Positions 19,467 through 27,718 of a stretch of 35,979 nucleotides of DNA are shown here, in pieces. The position numbers and the translations under genes were made by a program. Within the stretch, counting starts at the first letter, position 1. Each line of letters starts with the position of its first letter. Under the pieces are notes generated by a model. It had not been told where the DNA came from and made no database searches. It saw nothing but the letters and a program-made list of their open reading frames with translations. Source of the stretch: an uncultured Clavibacter sp. (lineage in GTDB: Bacteria > Actinomycetota > Actinomycetes > Nanopelagicales > Nanopelagicaceae); the NCBI GenBank assembly GCA_964655345.1, contig CAZZMU010000001.1, positions 1 to 35,979 on the forward strand. Direction: 5' to 3'.

Positions 19467-20669
19467 CTAGTAATTGTCTGGGCTTTCACGTGATGGCTCT
19501 TCATCCTCGCCAACGAGTCTCGCTGGCAACACAGAACCGCGCCCAAATCTCATGATTGCTCGATCGATAGCGGCTTGAGCTTCACGCCACCCAATTTCAC
19601 GCTCCCCTAGCTCTAATTGTTCGACCGCTCCGGTCTCATCAGAAAGGTTCTCTAGAGATACGCCAAGCAAGCGGATTCGTGCGCCATCAATTTTGAGAGC
19701 AAGAAAGAGTTCCTTTGCGATCTCGTAAATCTCATGCGTTCCATTGATGGGTAGCGCCACAGTCTTCGAGCGAGTGATGGTTGTGAAATCTGAAAAACGC
19801 ACTTTCAGTCCAATTGTCTTACTTCTCAATTCTCTCTTTCTTAAACGATGAGTGGCTCGTTCCGTGAGTCGTAACAGTTCACGGAAAATCTCTTCGCGAT
19901 CTTCTAAATCATAGGAGAACGTTTCGGCTGCGCTAATGCTCTTCTCCGGCGCATCAGGAACAACTTCTCGATAATCACGAGCCCAGGCCAATTCATAAAG
20001 CGCAACTCCTGCGCTTTCACCGAGGGCACGTTTGAGAGTTTCGATTGGAGTGTGAGCGATATCTGCAACGGTGCGTAGCCCCAATCTTTGGAGTTCTTCA
20101 TTAGTTTTCGGACCCACTCCCCAAATTTCGTTGACAGGGAGTGGATGGAGAAATGTCAGTATTCGATCGTGTGCGATTTCTAGCACTCCGTCAGGTTTGC
20201 AACGACCTGATGCCAATTTAGCGATGAACTTAGTCGTAGATATCCCAACAGAGCAGGTTATTTTCTCTTGATCCGATACTCGCTTTCGGATTGCTTGTGC
20301 GATCTCTCGACCGCTTCCGAATAAACGACGTGATCCTGTGACATCAAGAAAAGCTTCATCAAGTGAGAGTGGTTCAACGTATGGCGTGTACTCAAAGAAG
20401 ATCTCCATCACCCGTCGCGAAACCTCGGAATATCGTTCGTGATCAGGCGGAATAAAGATTGCGGTGGGGGCCATTCGTTGTGCGCGAGCAACAGGCATAG
20501 CAGCGCGGATACCGAATTTGCGAGCTGCGTAATTTGCAGAGAGGACTACACCACGTGAGCCAGCGCCCACAACTAATGGTTTTCCACGATATTGGGGGTA
20601 ATCAAGTTCAGAGACTGATGCAAAGAATGCATCCATATCTACATGGAGAATCGTGGAGTGTTCAGGCAT
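19467..20669 (-). CDS. dinB: DNA polymerase IV (Y-family, catalytic residues intact)
   Basis: ILHVDMDAFFASVSE and LSLDEAFLDVTG (catalytic D, D/E and steric-gate F present), plus IWGVGPKT. Start set at ATG 20669 (or GTG 20672), 4 nt after the dnaE2 stop. The longer ORF to 20753 overlaps dnaE2. Confidence 0.9.
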   Translation of the reverse strand: MPEHSTILHVDMDAFFASVSELDYPQYRGKPLVVGAGSRGVVLSANYAARKFGIRAAMPVARAQRMAPTAIFIPPDHERYSEVSRRVMEIFFEYTPYVEPLSLDEAFLDVTGSRRLFGSGREIAQAIRKRVSDQEKITCSVGISTTKFIAKLASGRCKPDGVLEIAHDRILTFLHPLPVNEIWGVGPKTNEELQRLGLRTVADIAHTPIETLKRALGESAGVALYELAWARDYREVVPDAPEKSISAAETFSYDLEDREEIFRELLRLTERATHRLRKRELRSKTIGLKVRFSDFTTITRSKTVALPINGTHEIYEIAKELFLALKIDGARIRLLGVSLENLSDETGAVEQLELGEREIGWREAQAAIDRAIMRFGRGSVLPARLVGEDEEPSRESPDNY

Positions 20670-20673
20670 CACA

Positions 20674-23600
20674 TCACTCACAAACCGCGAGATTACGCCA
20701 CTTTTCATAAGCAGCTGATAATTCCCATGCGCCTGTGGCGCGGATAGAAACACCGCGTGGTCCAGTACGACGTATCTCGCCGCGAACTAATAAGAGCCTT
20801 GAGTTGTAAAGAGTCTCGGCGCATGTACGTTGCATATCTTCAAAGAATGTCGCATCGCTACATCCATGTCCGTCATCGAGCGTTAAGAACATAACTCGTT
20901 TACCGGATCGAACAGGCGGTGTTTGGAGCGCGACTTTTACTCCAGCGACAAGGACTGAGGATTTTGAACGTTGGCGTAACAAATCGCTGGATTTGATAGC
21001 GCCGATCTGGTTGAGGAATTCAGAGTAAAACTCAATCATGTGATGAGAGATGTCCATGCCTAGGAATTCGATTTCATGAGTGACCCGTTCGTATGCTTTT
21101 AAATCTGGTAGGCCAGTCTTTGATAGTGGTGGCGTAAAACCAAAAGTGAGTTGAGAGCCTCCAATCCGTGAGAGTGATTGTGAGGCAGACCATTTATAGA
21201 GATCATTGAGGTGTAGTAATAAATCGCGGCGATTGAGTTCTGAGGAGTAGAGCGAATCGAAAGCTCCGACCATAAGTAAGGCTTCGCATGTCGGTCGACT
21301 AACGCTGCTACGGTGTACGAAATCTGCGATATCGATAAATGGTCGATGAGTGATGATGGCATCGACTTCAGCGCTTGAGATGCCACTGATATCAGTTAGC
21401 GCGATGCGGATCTGATTTTCGCCTTCGACGCGATATGTGCGATCGGAGAGGTTGATGTCAATCGGTGCGATGGTAAGACCACATTGTCGAACCTCATCCA
21501 AAATCAATCGTTTGGGGTACATCCCAGGTTCATGAGTAAGGACTCCGGCAAGAAATGCAGCAGGATGGTGAGTTTTGAGCCAGGCTGATTGATAAGTAGG
21601 AAGAGCGAAGGCTGCAGCATGGGCTTTGCAGAAACCAAAAGAAGCAAAAGCGCGTAATACATCCCAAACTTTGGTGATTACATCTAGCGGATATCCGCGC
21701 GCAGTAGCAGCAGGGAAGAACCAATCGCAGACTTCTTGTTGCCCTTCTCTATGACCAAGAGCTCGCCGCTTCTCATCAGCTTCAGCCAGTGTGATTCCAC
21801 CTAAAGTGGCGATGATTTCGATGACTTGTTCGTGAAAGACGACAACGCCTTCGGTGTCATCGAGAATCTCGCGCAGATCAGGATGGAATATTTCGCGTGA
21901 AGCCCAACCTTGGCGGGCGTTAAGAAATGGAGTGATCATGTCGCTTTTCACTGGACCTGGGCGGAAGAGTGAAATATCAATGATCAAATCGGTAAAAGTC
22001 TCAGGAGCGAACTTTCCAACAAGTTCACGCTGGCCGGGGCTTTCAATCTGGAATAGCCCCAGAGTCTTCGTGGATTGGATTAATTCAAAAGTCTTTTTAT
22101 CATCGAGTGGAATGGAGTCAAGATTCACAACGGTTTTTGTGGTGCGCTCAATTTCAGAGACCGCATAAGCCAACGAAGATTGCATCCGCACGCCGAGAAT
22201 GTCGAGTTTAAGAAGTCCGATTGCTTCTACATCATCTTTATCCCATTGGACCATCGGGTAATTACTGGCATTTTTCTCAATCGGGGCTCGGTCATATAAA
22301 CCGCCATCAGAGATCACGACAGCGCATGGATGCATCGCGAGATTGCGTGGCAGCCCATCAAGTTTTTCTGCGATGCCAATCGCCATCTTCCAGGTTGAGG
22401 AAGTGAGGTTGAGGTTACGAAGTTCAGGTAAGTTCGATAGCGATTGAGAGATATTGCGGGCCCGAATATGTGGCAGAGATTTAGCGACTAAATCAATCTC
22501 CATGGGAGGTAGTGAAAGCGCAGCGCCAACATCGCGGATTGCGTGGCGAGCACGGTAAGTATCGAACATCGCAACCGTTGCGCACCGCTCTTGATAAGCA
22601 TCGAAGACTTGGTCGTAGATCTCAAGACGTCGCGCTGATTCAACATCGATATCAATATCAGGAAGTGCGCTACGTAGCGGAGAACAGAAACGTTCCATCA
22701 ATAGTCCAAGTGATAAAGGTTCAACGCCAGAAATACCTAAGAGATGACAGACCAGTGAACCAGCGCCGCTACCGCGAGCTGCGACTCGAATTCCACTAGC
22801 GCGAGCGCGATCGGTGATGTCAGCAACGGTTAAGAAATAAGACTCGTACCCCAAATGCTCGATGATGGAGAGTTCTTTTTCGAGACGTTCGTGAACATCA
22901 GGGCGAGAGTGGCCGTATCTCCAGTCGATGCCAGCTGTTGCTCGATTGCGAAGTTGGGCAGTGAGTTCGTGGTGATCGCGCGCTCCTACTACATGAGGCT
23001 CAGGCAAATGGATCGAACCAATGCCGATATCGTCGCGTGGCGATAATCGAGCCCGGTCAGCCCATTCGTGAGTGGTGTTGAGTAACTTCTTCCAACGCCG
23101 CTCCCCCGCAGCAAGTGAGATTTTTTCAGCAAGCGATTCCATCTCTTCTGTTGATTTAAGGAAGGCTTCTGCGTTCTTGCGTTCGATGATGTTCTTGTGA
23201 AGTGGAAGTAAATGGCGCGTGGCATCAAGAACGTCAGCAACGGGTGCATCCTCACGAGTGCGCATCCGAGCTGCATTAGTGAGAACTGCAGGGAAATCAT
23301 GGTCACGCGCAAAGCCCAACATCCGAGCGGCATGAATCGTAGATTTTGGTCCATCGCCATAAACCAGATGTGAGACGCATTCGATTGCTTGGTCGAGGAA
23401 TAGTTCGCGAGTTGAGTTAAAGAGAGCAAGAGATTTATCGTAGCGGCGCGAAGTAAGAGCACGACCAATCTCAGAGTCAGGGCCGTATAGAGCGAGAAGA
23501 TGAGTTGTGTAGCGCGAGTGTTCTTGAAGAAATGCGAGATTACATGGTGCGCCATATCTCTTAAGTTCGGTAACAATCCTTATAAGAGATGACCAACCTT

Positions 23601-23847
23601 CGCCAGGAGTTGCAATCAGAGTCATGCGAGTTTGATTTTCGTACTCGATATCAACTCCTAATATCGGAGCAATCTGATTTTCGATACAACTCTGGGTGAA
23701 GCGAATTGCGCCAGCTAAGCCATCGCGATCAGTCAAAGCTAAAGAATCCATTCCATATTCGCGGGCTTGTTCGACTAAAAGATGTGGCAGGGTTGTGCCA
23801 TATTTAAATGAGAAGCCGCTAGCAAGATGAAGATGAGTAAAGCTCAT
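20674..23847 (-). CDS. dnaE2: error-prone DNA polymerase III alpha-like subunit DnaE2
   Basis: 1057 aa. N-terminal MSFTHLHLASGFSFKYGTT...LALTDRDGLAGAIRF (DnaE2-style PHP domain), FCKAHAAAFA, and a size typical of DnaE2 rather than about 1180-aa DnaE1. The operon carries a LexA box. Confidence 0.88.
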   Translation of the reverse strand: MSFTHLHLASGFSFKYGTTLPHLLVEQAREYGMDSLALTDRDGLAGAIRFTQSCIENQIAPILGVDIEYENQTRMTLIATPGEGWSSLIRIVTELKRYGAPCNLAFLQEHSRYTTHLLALYGPDSEIGRALTSRRYDKSLALFNSTRELFLDQAIECVSHLVYGDGPKSTIHAARMLGFARDHDFPAVLTNAARMRTREDAPVADVLDATRHLLPLHKNIIERKNAEAFLKSTEEMESLAEKISLAAGERRWKKLLNTTHEWADRARLSPRDDIGIGSIHLPEPHVVGARDHHELTAQLRNRATAGIDWRYGHSRPDVHERLEKELSIIEHLGYESYFLTVADITDRARASGIRVAARGSGAGSLVCHLLGISGVEPLSLGLLMERFCSPLRSALPDIDIDVESARRLEIYDQVFDAYQERCATVAMFDTYRARHAIRDVGAALSLPPMEIDLVAKSLPHIRARNISQSLSNLPELRNLNLTSSTWKMAIGIAEKLDGLPRNLAMHPCAVVISDGGLYDRAPIEKNASNYPMVQWDKDDVEAIGLLKLDILGVRMQSSLAYAVSEIERTTKTVVNLDSIPLDDKKTFELIQSTKTLGLFQIESPGQRELVGKFAPETFTDLIIDISLFRPGPVKSDMITPFLNARQGWASREIFHPDLREILDDTEGVVVFHEQVIEIIATLGGITLAEADEKRRALGHREGQQEVCDWFFPAATARGYPLDVITKVWDVLRAFASFGFCKAHAAAFALPTYQSAWLKTHHPAAFLAGVLTHEPGMYPKRLILDEVRQCGLTIAPIDINLSDRTYRVEGENQIRIALTDISGISSAEVDAIITHRPFIDIADFVHRSSVSRPTCEALLMVGAFDSLYSSELNRRDLLLHLNDLYKWSASQSLSRIGGSQLTFGFTPPLSKTGLPDLKAYERVTHEIEFLGMDISHHMIEFYSEFLNQIGAIKSSDLLRQRSKSSVLVAGVKVALQTPPVRSGKRVMFLTLDDGHGCSDATFFEDMQRTCAETLYNSRLLLVRGEIRRTGPRGVSIRATGAWELSAAYEKWRNLAVCE

Positions 23848-23859
23848 GGCGTAAAAAAG

Positions 23860-24195
23860 TTATGCAGGACGAGATGTGGGACGAATACGCCACAAGTTAA
23901 AAGGGGGTTGGCCATAAGGGTTTGGGCTCGCAGACAAATCGGGAACTGATTCAAGACGTTCTATTTCAAAAGTTTTCATTACGCCGATAGGAGCAGCCTC
24001 GACTCTCCAGAGAATTCGTGAACCATCATCGGGCCGAAAGAAACCATCGCTAGCGCGGTTCCACCAGCCACCAGATTCATGCCACGAAGAGAGGATTGAA
24101 TGAATCCGAAAACGCTGGCCATTGTGGGTGAACTCGATCGGTTCACCGCCAGCCAGAAAGATTTCGGGGCGCGGGGTATCTAGATTTTCGAACAT
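23860..24195 (-). CDS. small (111 aa) protein resembling the C-terminal module of ImuB
   Basis: The ORF ends 12 nt upstream of dnaE2. NGQRFRIHSILSSWHESGGWW...GFFRPDDGSRILWRVE resembles, from memory, the ImuB C-terminal G-x2-H-x-V...ERI-x2-EWW...RDYYRVED-x2-G-x-R-x-WLFR block. Start set at ATG 24195 because the GTG at 24231 lies upstream of the predicted promoter. Confidence 0.5.
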   Translation of the reverse strand: MFENLDTPRPEIFLAGGEPIEFTHNGQRFRIHSILSSWHESGGWWNRASDGFFRPDDGSRILWRVEAAPIGVMKTFEIERLESVPDLSASPNPYGQPPFNLWRIRPTSRPA

Positions 24196-24203
24196 TTGTT
24201 CGA
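24188..24203 (-). promoter_or_regulatory. LexA (SOS) box TCGAAC-N4-GTTCGA
   Basis: tcgaacatttgttcga is a perfect match to the actinobacterial/mycobacterial SOS box consensus. It overlaps the ATG at 24195..24193 of the first gene of the dnaE2 operon. Confidence 0.8.
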
Positions 24204-24225
24204 ACTCTAGCGAGGTCCCCCGACA
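24204..24225 (-). promoter_or_regulatory. RecA-NDp/PafBC-type promoter motif TGTCGGGG-N8-TAGAGT
   Basis: The minus strand reads TGTCGGGG GACCTCGC TAGAGT, against the mycobacterial consensus tTGTCRgtg-N8-TAnnnT. The -10 element abuts the LexA box. Confidence 0.5.
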
Positions 24226-24287
24226 CGGCACAAGCGACCTAAACCGTTACCAAAGCGACACCCGCGCCACACTCTCGCGTTACGCGA

Positions 24288-26348
24288 TTGGCCTACATCC
24301 TGTGTGAGTATCCGCCCGTGATCACTCATACATCCACCTCAAAGGCCCAGGGTCGCTCCCTCCGCCTTCGAATCTCATCTGTCGTAAGCGCCCTCGCACT
24401 TTCGACTTCCGCACTCGTGGTGCTCACTTCCCCGCAGGTTACTGCCGCTGATGCATACGCAGTTCCTGCAGCGCCATCCATCGTTCGGGCATATGTAACC
24501 AACAAGGGAATCCAAGTTCGGTTCAATCCCGTCACAGCAAGTCCTGCAGTTACAAATTATGTTGTTAGCGCTGGGCAAGGTTCATGCCCGGTAATTCTTC
24601 CTGCTAACACAACAGGATCAGTAACTCTGCCAGTTCTTGAAGGCCAAACATCCGCCAATGTCACAGTTCAAGCTGTCAACGCCTACGGATTCTCCGCTCC
24701 TGCAAAATGGGCAACAACATTTACCGCAACAAGTCTTGCAAAGGCTTCACGTTCATCTTTGAAGAATATTCAATTACTCCAACTCAGCGACTTCCATGGT
24801 GCAATTGAAGGAACTTCAACAAATGCTGGAACTGCTCTGCTCACGACTGCATTTGCTGCAGATCGCAAAGCAGTAGCTTCAACCTTTACTCTCTCAACCG
24901 GAGATAACTTTGGTGCGGCTCCAGCAATCTCAAGCCAATTCGAAGAAATTCCAACAGTTGAATCAATGAACTCAATGAAGTTCGATGTATCGACTTTTGG
25001 TAATCATGAACACGATCGCAACCTTGCACATGTTCAGAAAGTAATTGGGCTATCTGATTTTCAGTGGGTTGCCTCAAACTACAGCTCACTTGAGCCTTTG
25101 AAGTCTGGTACAAAATCAGCAAAGAGCTATGTCATTATTGATCGCGGCGATATCAAAGTTGGTGTTGTAGGCGCTAATACTGAAGAAACTCCAGAAGTTG
25201 TATTCCCTGGCAACCTCGACTACACCGATGCATCAGGAGCGAAAAAGACTATTGCGATCTCCAACACCGTAGCTGGCGTAAACAAAGCAATTGTTGATGC
25301 CAAAGCTGCGGGCGCAAATCTTGTCGTCGCTCTCATTCACGAAGGTTGGTCTGAGAATGCCGATGGTGTCGCTAAAGGCAATCTCATCAATATCGCTAAA
25401 GGCATTAAGGGTGCCGACGTTATTTTCGGAGGTCACAGCCACCAGCTCTACAGCAGCGTTAATGCTGCCGCAAATGCCCGTGCAAACACCACGTTGGTAG
25501 CGGAAGTTCCCAACGCTGGCGTTTCCTATAACCGGGTTCAGGTATGTCTCAATCCTGGTAACAACAAAGTTGTCGGAACCTCAATCGAAAACGTCACAAC
25601 ATCTGCGATTTCGAAATTGACTCCTGATGCGACCGCTGCAGCACTTGTAAAGAAATACAAGGATCAACTTGTTTCTAAGCTTGACGTAAAGATTGGTCAA
25701 GTCTCTGACTTGTTCCCACGTGGTGGATCACCAGCGGTCGAACGCTCTGGTGAAACTCCCATGGGTAACTATTTAGCTGATTTGATGAAGAAGGAATTGA
25801 AGACTGACTTTGCTCTTACGAATGGTGGCGGTCTACGCGATACCTTCCCAGCCGCAACCTACAAAGTTGTTGATGCAACTTATAAGCGCCCTGGTGCAGG
25901 AGCTACTGGTCCATTTGATGTGACCCTAGGAGACGCAATCTCAGTACTCCCATTCGGTAACTCAGTTGCTGTTGCAACGATTACCGGAACTCAACTGTGG
26001 GCTGCACTTGAAAATGGTGTCTCGCAATTCCCATCTGGTGGTCGATTCCCACAGATCTCCGGATTTAAATTCTCATTTGACTCAACGAAAGCAGTTGGTT
26101 CCAGAATTACTGCTGTAACACGAGTTGATGGGACTGCGATCGCTAAGGATGCTAAGACCTACACCGTAGCTACCAATGACTTTATGCTTTACGGTGGCGA
26201 CGGTTACACGATGCTCAATCCTTCTACCGCTAAATTCCCTGGCAAATTGCTGCTAGATATTTTGGTAGACGGAATTAAGGCTGATCTTGCCGCAAAGCGA
26301 GTCACTCAGACTCCTAAGGCTGATGGCCGCATCACCAAAGTTGGCTAA
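24288..26348 (+). CDS. secreted bifunctional metallophosphatase/5'-nucleotidase with an N-terminal FN3-like domain
   Basis: Signal-peptide-like RSLRLRISSVVSALALSTSALVVLTSPQVTAADA, then a beta-rich ~90-aa module. Calcineurin-like motifs follow (LSDFHG, GDNFG, GNHEHD, IHEGW, GGHSH), then the 5'-nucleotidase C-terminal domain (NGGGLRD, TNDFMLYGGDGY). The start codon is uncertain (TTG 24288 or GTG 24318). Confidence 0.85.
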   Translation: MAYILCEYPPVITHTSTSKAQGRSLRLRISSVVSALALSTSALVVLTSPQVTAADAYAVPAAPSIVRAYVTNKGIQVRFNPVTASPAVTNYVVSAGQGSCPVILPANTTGSVTLPVLEGQTSANVTVQAVNAYGFSAPAKWATTFTATSLAKASRSSLKNIQLLQLSDFHGAIEGTSTNAGTALLTTAFAADRKAVASTFTLSTGDNFGAAPAISSQFEEIPTVESMNSMKFDVSTFGNHEHDRNLAHVQKVIGLSDFQWVASNYSSLEPLKSGTKSAKSYVIIDRGDIKVGVVGANTEETPEVVFPGNLDYTDASGAKKTIAISNTVAGVNKAIVDAKAAGANLVVALIHEGWSENADGVAKGNLINIAKGIKGADVIFGGHSHQLYSSVNAAANARANTTLVAEVPNAGVSYNRVQVCLNPGNNKVVGTSIENVTTSAISKLTPDATAAALVKKYKDQLVSKLDVKIGQVSDLFPRGGSPAVERSGETPMGNYLADLMKKELKTDFALTNGGGLRDTFPAATYKVVDATYKRPGAGATGPFDVTLGDAISVLPFGNSVAVATITGTQLWAALENGVSQFPSGGRFPQISGFKFSFDSTKAVGSRITAVTRVDGTAIAKDAKTYTVATNDFMLYGGDGYTMLNPSTAKFPGKLLLDILVDGIKADLAAKRVTQTPKADGRITKVG

Positions 26349-26362
26349 CTAACAAACTAGAG

Positions 26363-26398
26363 AAAAACCGCGCCTCACCTGGGGCGCGGTTTTTCTTT
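26363..26398 (+). terminator. rho-independent terminator after the nucleotidase gene
   Basis: aaaaa-ccgcgcc(26368-26374)-tcacctgg-ggcgcgg(26383-26389)-ttttt. The flanking A and T runs make it potentially bidirectional. Confidence 0.8.
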
Positions 26399-26416
26399 GC
26401 CGACACGCCGATTTAG

Positions 26417-26445
26417 TTGAAATTTCAATAAAATTGGTTTATTCT
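26417..26445 (+). promoter_or_regulatory. candidate promoter of doxX (TTGAAA-N17-TATTCT)
   Basis: TTGAAA at 26417-26422 and TATTCT at 26440-45, about 35 nt upstream of the AAAGGAA SD and ATG 26479. Sequence match only. Confidence 0.35.
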
Positions 26446-26478
26446 TCAACTAATTCTGTACCCCTACGAAAGGAACTC

Positions 26479-26892
26479 ATGGATATCCTCCTTGTGATTG
26501 GTCGCGTACTTTTCGCGCTCCTCTTCATCAACTCAGGTATCGCTCACCTCACCAAACTCGAAGCAATGACTGGCTACGCGCAATTCAAGAAAGTCCCCGC
26601 TGCCAAACTCTCGGTCATCGTCACAGGCCTGATGCTCGTCATCGGTGGCCTCTACGTCGCTCTCGGCGTCTATGCAGACCTCGGTGGTCTGCTTCTTGCA
26701 ATCTTCCTCATTGTCTCCGCATTCATGATGCATAACTTCTGGACTCTTCAAGATCCACAAGCGAAGCAGAACGAGACAATCAGCTTCTTCAAGAATCTTT
26801 CTCTAGCTGGCGCTGCGCTCATCATCTTTGTCCTCGTAGGCTCAGGTGTTGACTTCGGCCCTTCTATTACTGAAGGTTTCTTTAACCTCTAG
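26479..26892 (+). CDS. doxX: DoxX family membrane protein
   Basis: MDILLVIGRVLFALLFINSGIAHL... with four TM segments, DoxX-like. Start at ATG 26479, preceded by aaaggaa. Flanked by terminators on both sides. Confidence 0.78.
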   Translation: MDILLVIGRVLFALLFINSGIAHLTKLEAMTGYAQFKKVPAAKLSVIVTGLMLVIGGLYVALGVYADLGGLLLAIFLIVSAFMMHNFWTLQDPQAKQNETISFFKNLSLAGAALIIFVLVGSGVDFGPSITEGFFNL

Positions 26893-26905
26893 TTAATTCT
26901 GGGTG

Positions 26906-26942
26906 AAACCCCTGTGTGACGAGTAGTCGCGCAGGGGTTTTT
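26906..26942 (+). terminator. rho-independent terminator after doxX
   Basis: A long hairpin aaacccctg...caggggttt (26906-26914 / 26932-26940) with an inner gtgac/gtcgc extension, followed by a T-run to 26942. Confidence 0.72.
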
Positions 26943-26968
26943 CATTTCGCTACCGATACCGTCTGAGA

Positions 26969-27718
26969 GTGGAGATCCTGCTCGCTATCGTCTGTGGAAT
27001 TGGAATCGGATCTGTACTCGGATATGTCGGAGCCGGTGGTTCCATGCTGGCAGTACCGGCATTTATCTATATTTTTGGATTAACTCCAGTTGCCGCAACA
27101 ACCGCATCTTTGATTGTCGTGTTCGTCGGGGCAGCATCAGGAGCTTTGCCAAAGTTACGGCGGAACGAAATTCTTATTAAAGAAGCGCTCGTGATTTGGG
27201 CGATTGGCCTAACTACAAATCTCACTGGCGCTTACTTTCTCCCGCAGATTCCCGAGAAAGTTGTGCTGACCGGTTTTGCACTCGTCCTAGTCACGGCCGG
27301 TCTTTCGATGTTGATTCCTGGACCTTCACAATCTACTGAGCGAAAAGTTTCTCCGATTGCTCTCATTGTGATTTCGCTCGTTATCGGTGCGCTTACTGGA
27401 TTATTTGGAATCGGCGGCGGCTTCTTGGCAATTCCAATATTGATTCTCTTTTACAACGTTGCGCCAGCTAGGGCAGCAGGAACATCACTCTTCATCATCA
27501 TGATCAACACGTTGACTGGATTCTTCGCCCACTTCAGACATTGGGATGAAGTTAATTGGCTCATTCCTTCAATTATTGCCCTCGTTGCTCTCATGGTCTC
27601 GCGTTACGCATCACACCATAGTTCTCGCCTCTCCCCCGTGACATTGAAACGTTCCTTTGCATATTTCGTTTTTGCCATTGCATTATTTACCTTACTAGAA
27701 ACCTGGGTGGTCACATGA
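26969..27718 (+). CDS. TauE/SafE (DUF81) family anion permease
   Basis: 249 aa, about 8 TM segments. Two internal halves each carry a G-x-GGG/GAGGS motif (YVGAGGSMLAVP; FGIGGGFLAIP), typical of TauE/SafE. GTG start. Confidence 0.8.
   Translation: MEILLAIVCGIGIGSVLGYVGAGGSMLAVPAFIYIFGLTPVAATTASLIVVFVGAASGALPKLRRNEILIKEALVIWAIGLTTNLTGAYFLPQIPEKVVLTGFALVLVTAGLSMLIPGPSQSTERKVSPIALIVISLVIGALTGLFGIGGGFLAIPILILFYNVAPARAAGTSLFIIMINTLTGFFAHFRHWDEVNWLIPSIIALVALMVSRYASHHSSRLSPVTLKRSFAYFVFAIALFTLLETWVVT

Noticed and set aside
19033-19555. 142-aa and 165-aa plus-strand ORFs opposite the DUF3040 gene
   Set aside because: They are antisense shadows of a CDS with a clear family signature (MPLSEHEKRLL...). 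Their sequences are Arg/Ser/Gly-rich and motif-free.
22989-23576. 195-aa same-strand ORF in an alternative frame inside dnaE2
   Set aside because: It is entirely embedded in a well-supported 1057-aa CDS. Its composition is low-complexity and Leu/Ser/Thr/Arg-rich, typical of off-frame translation. It has no SD or independent signal.
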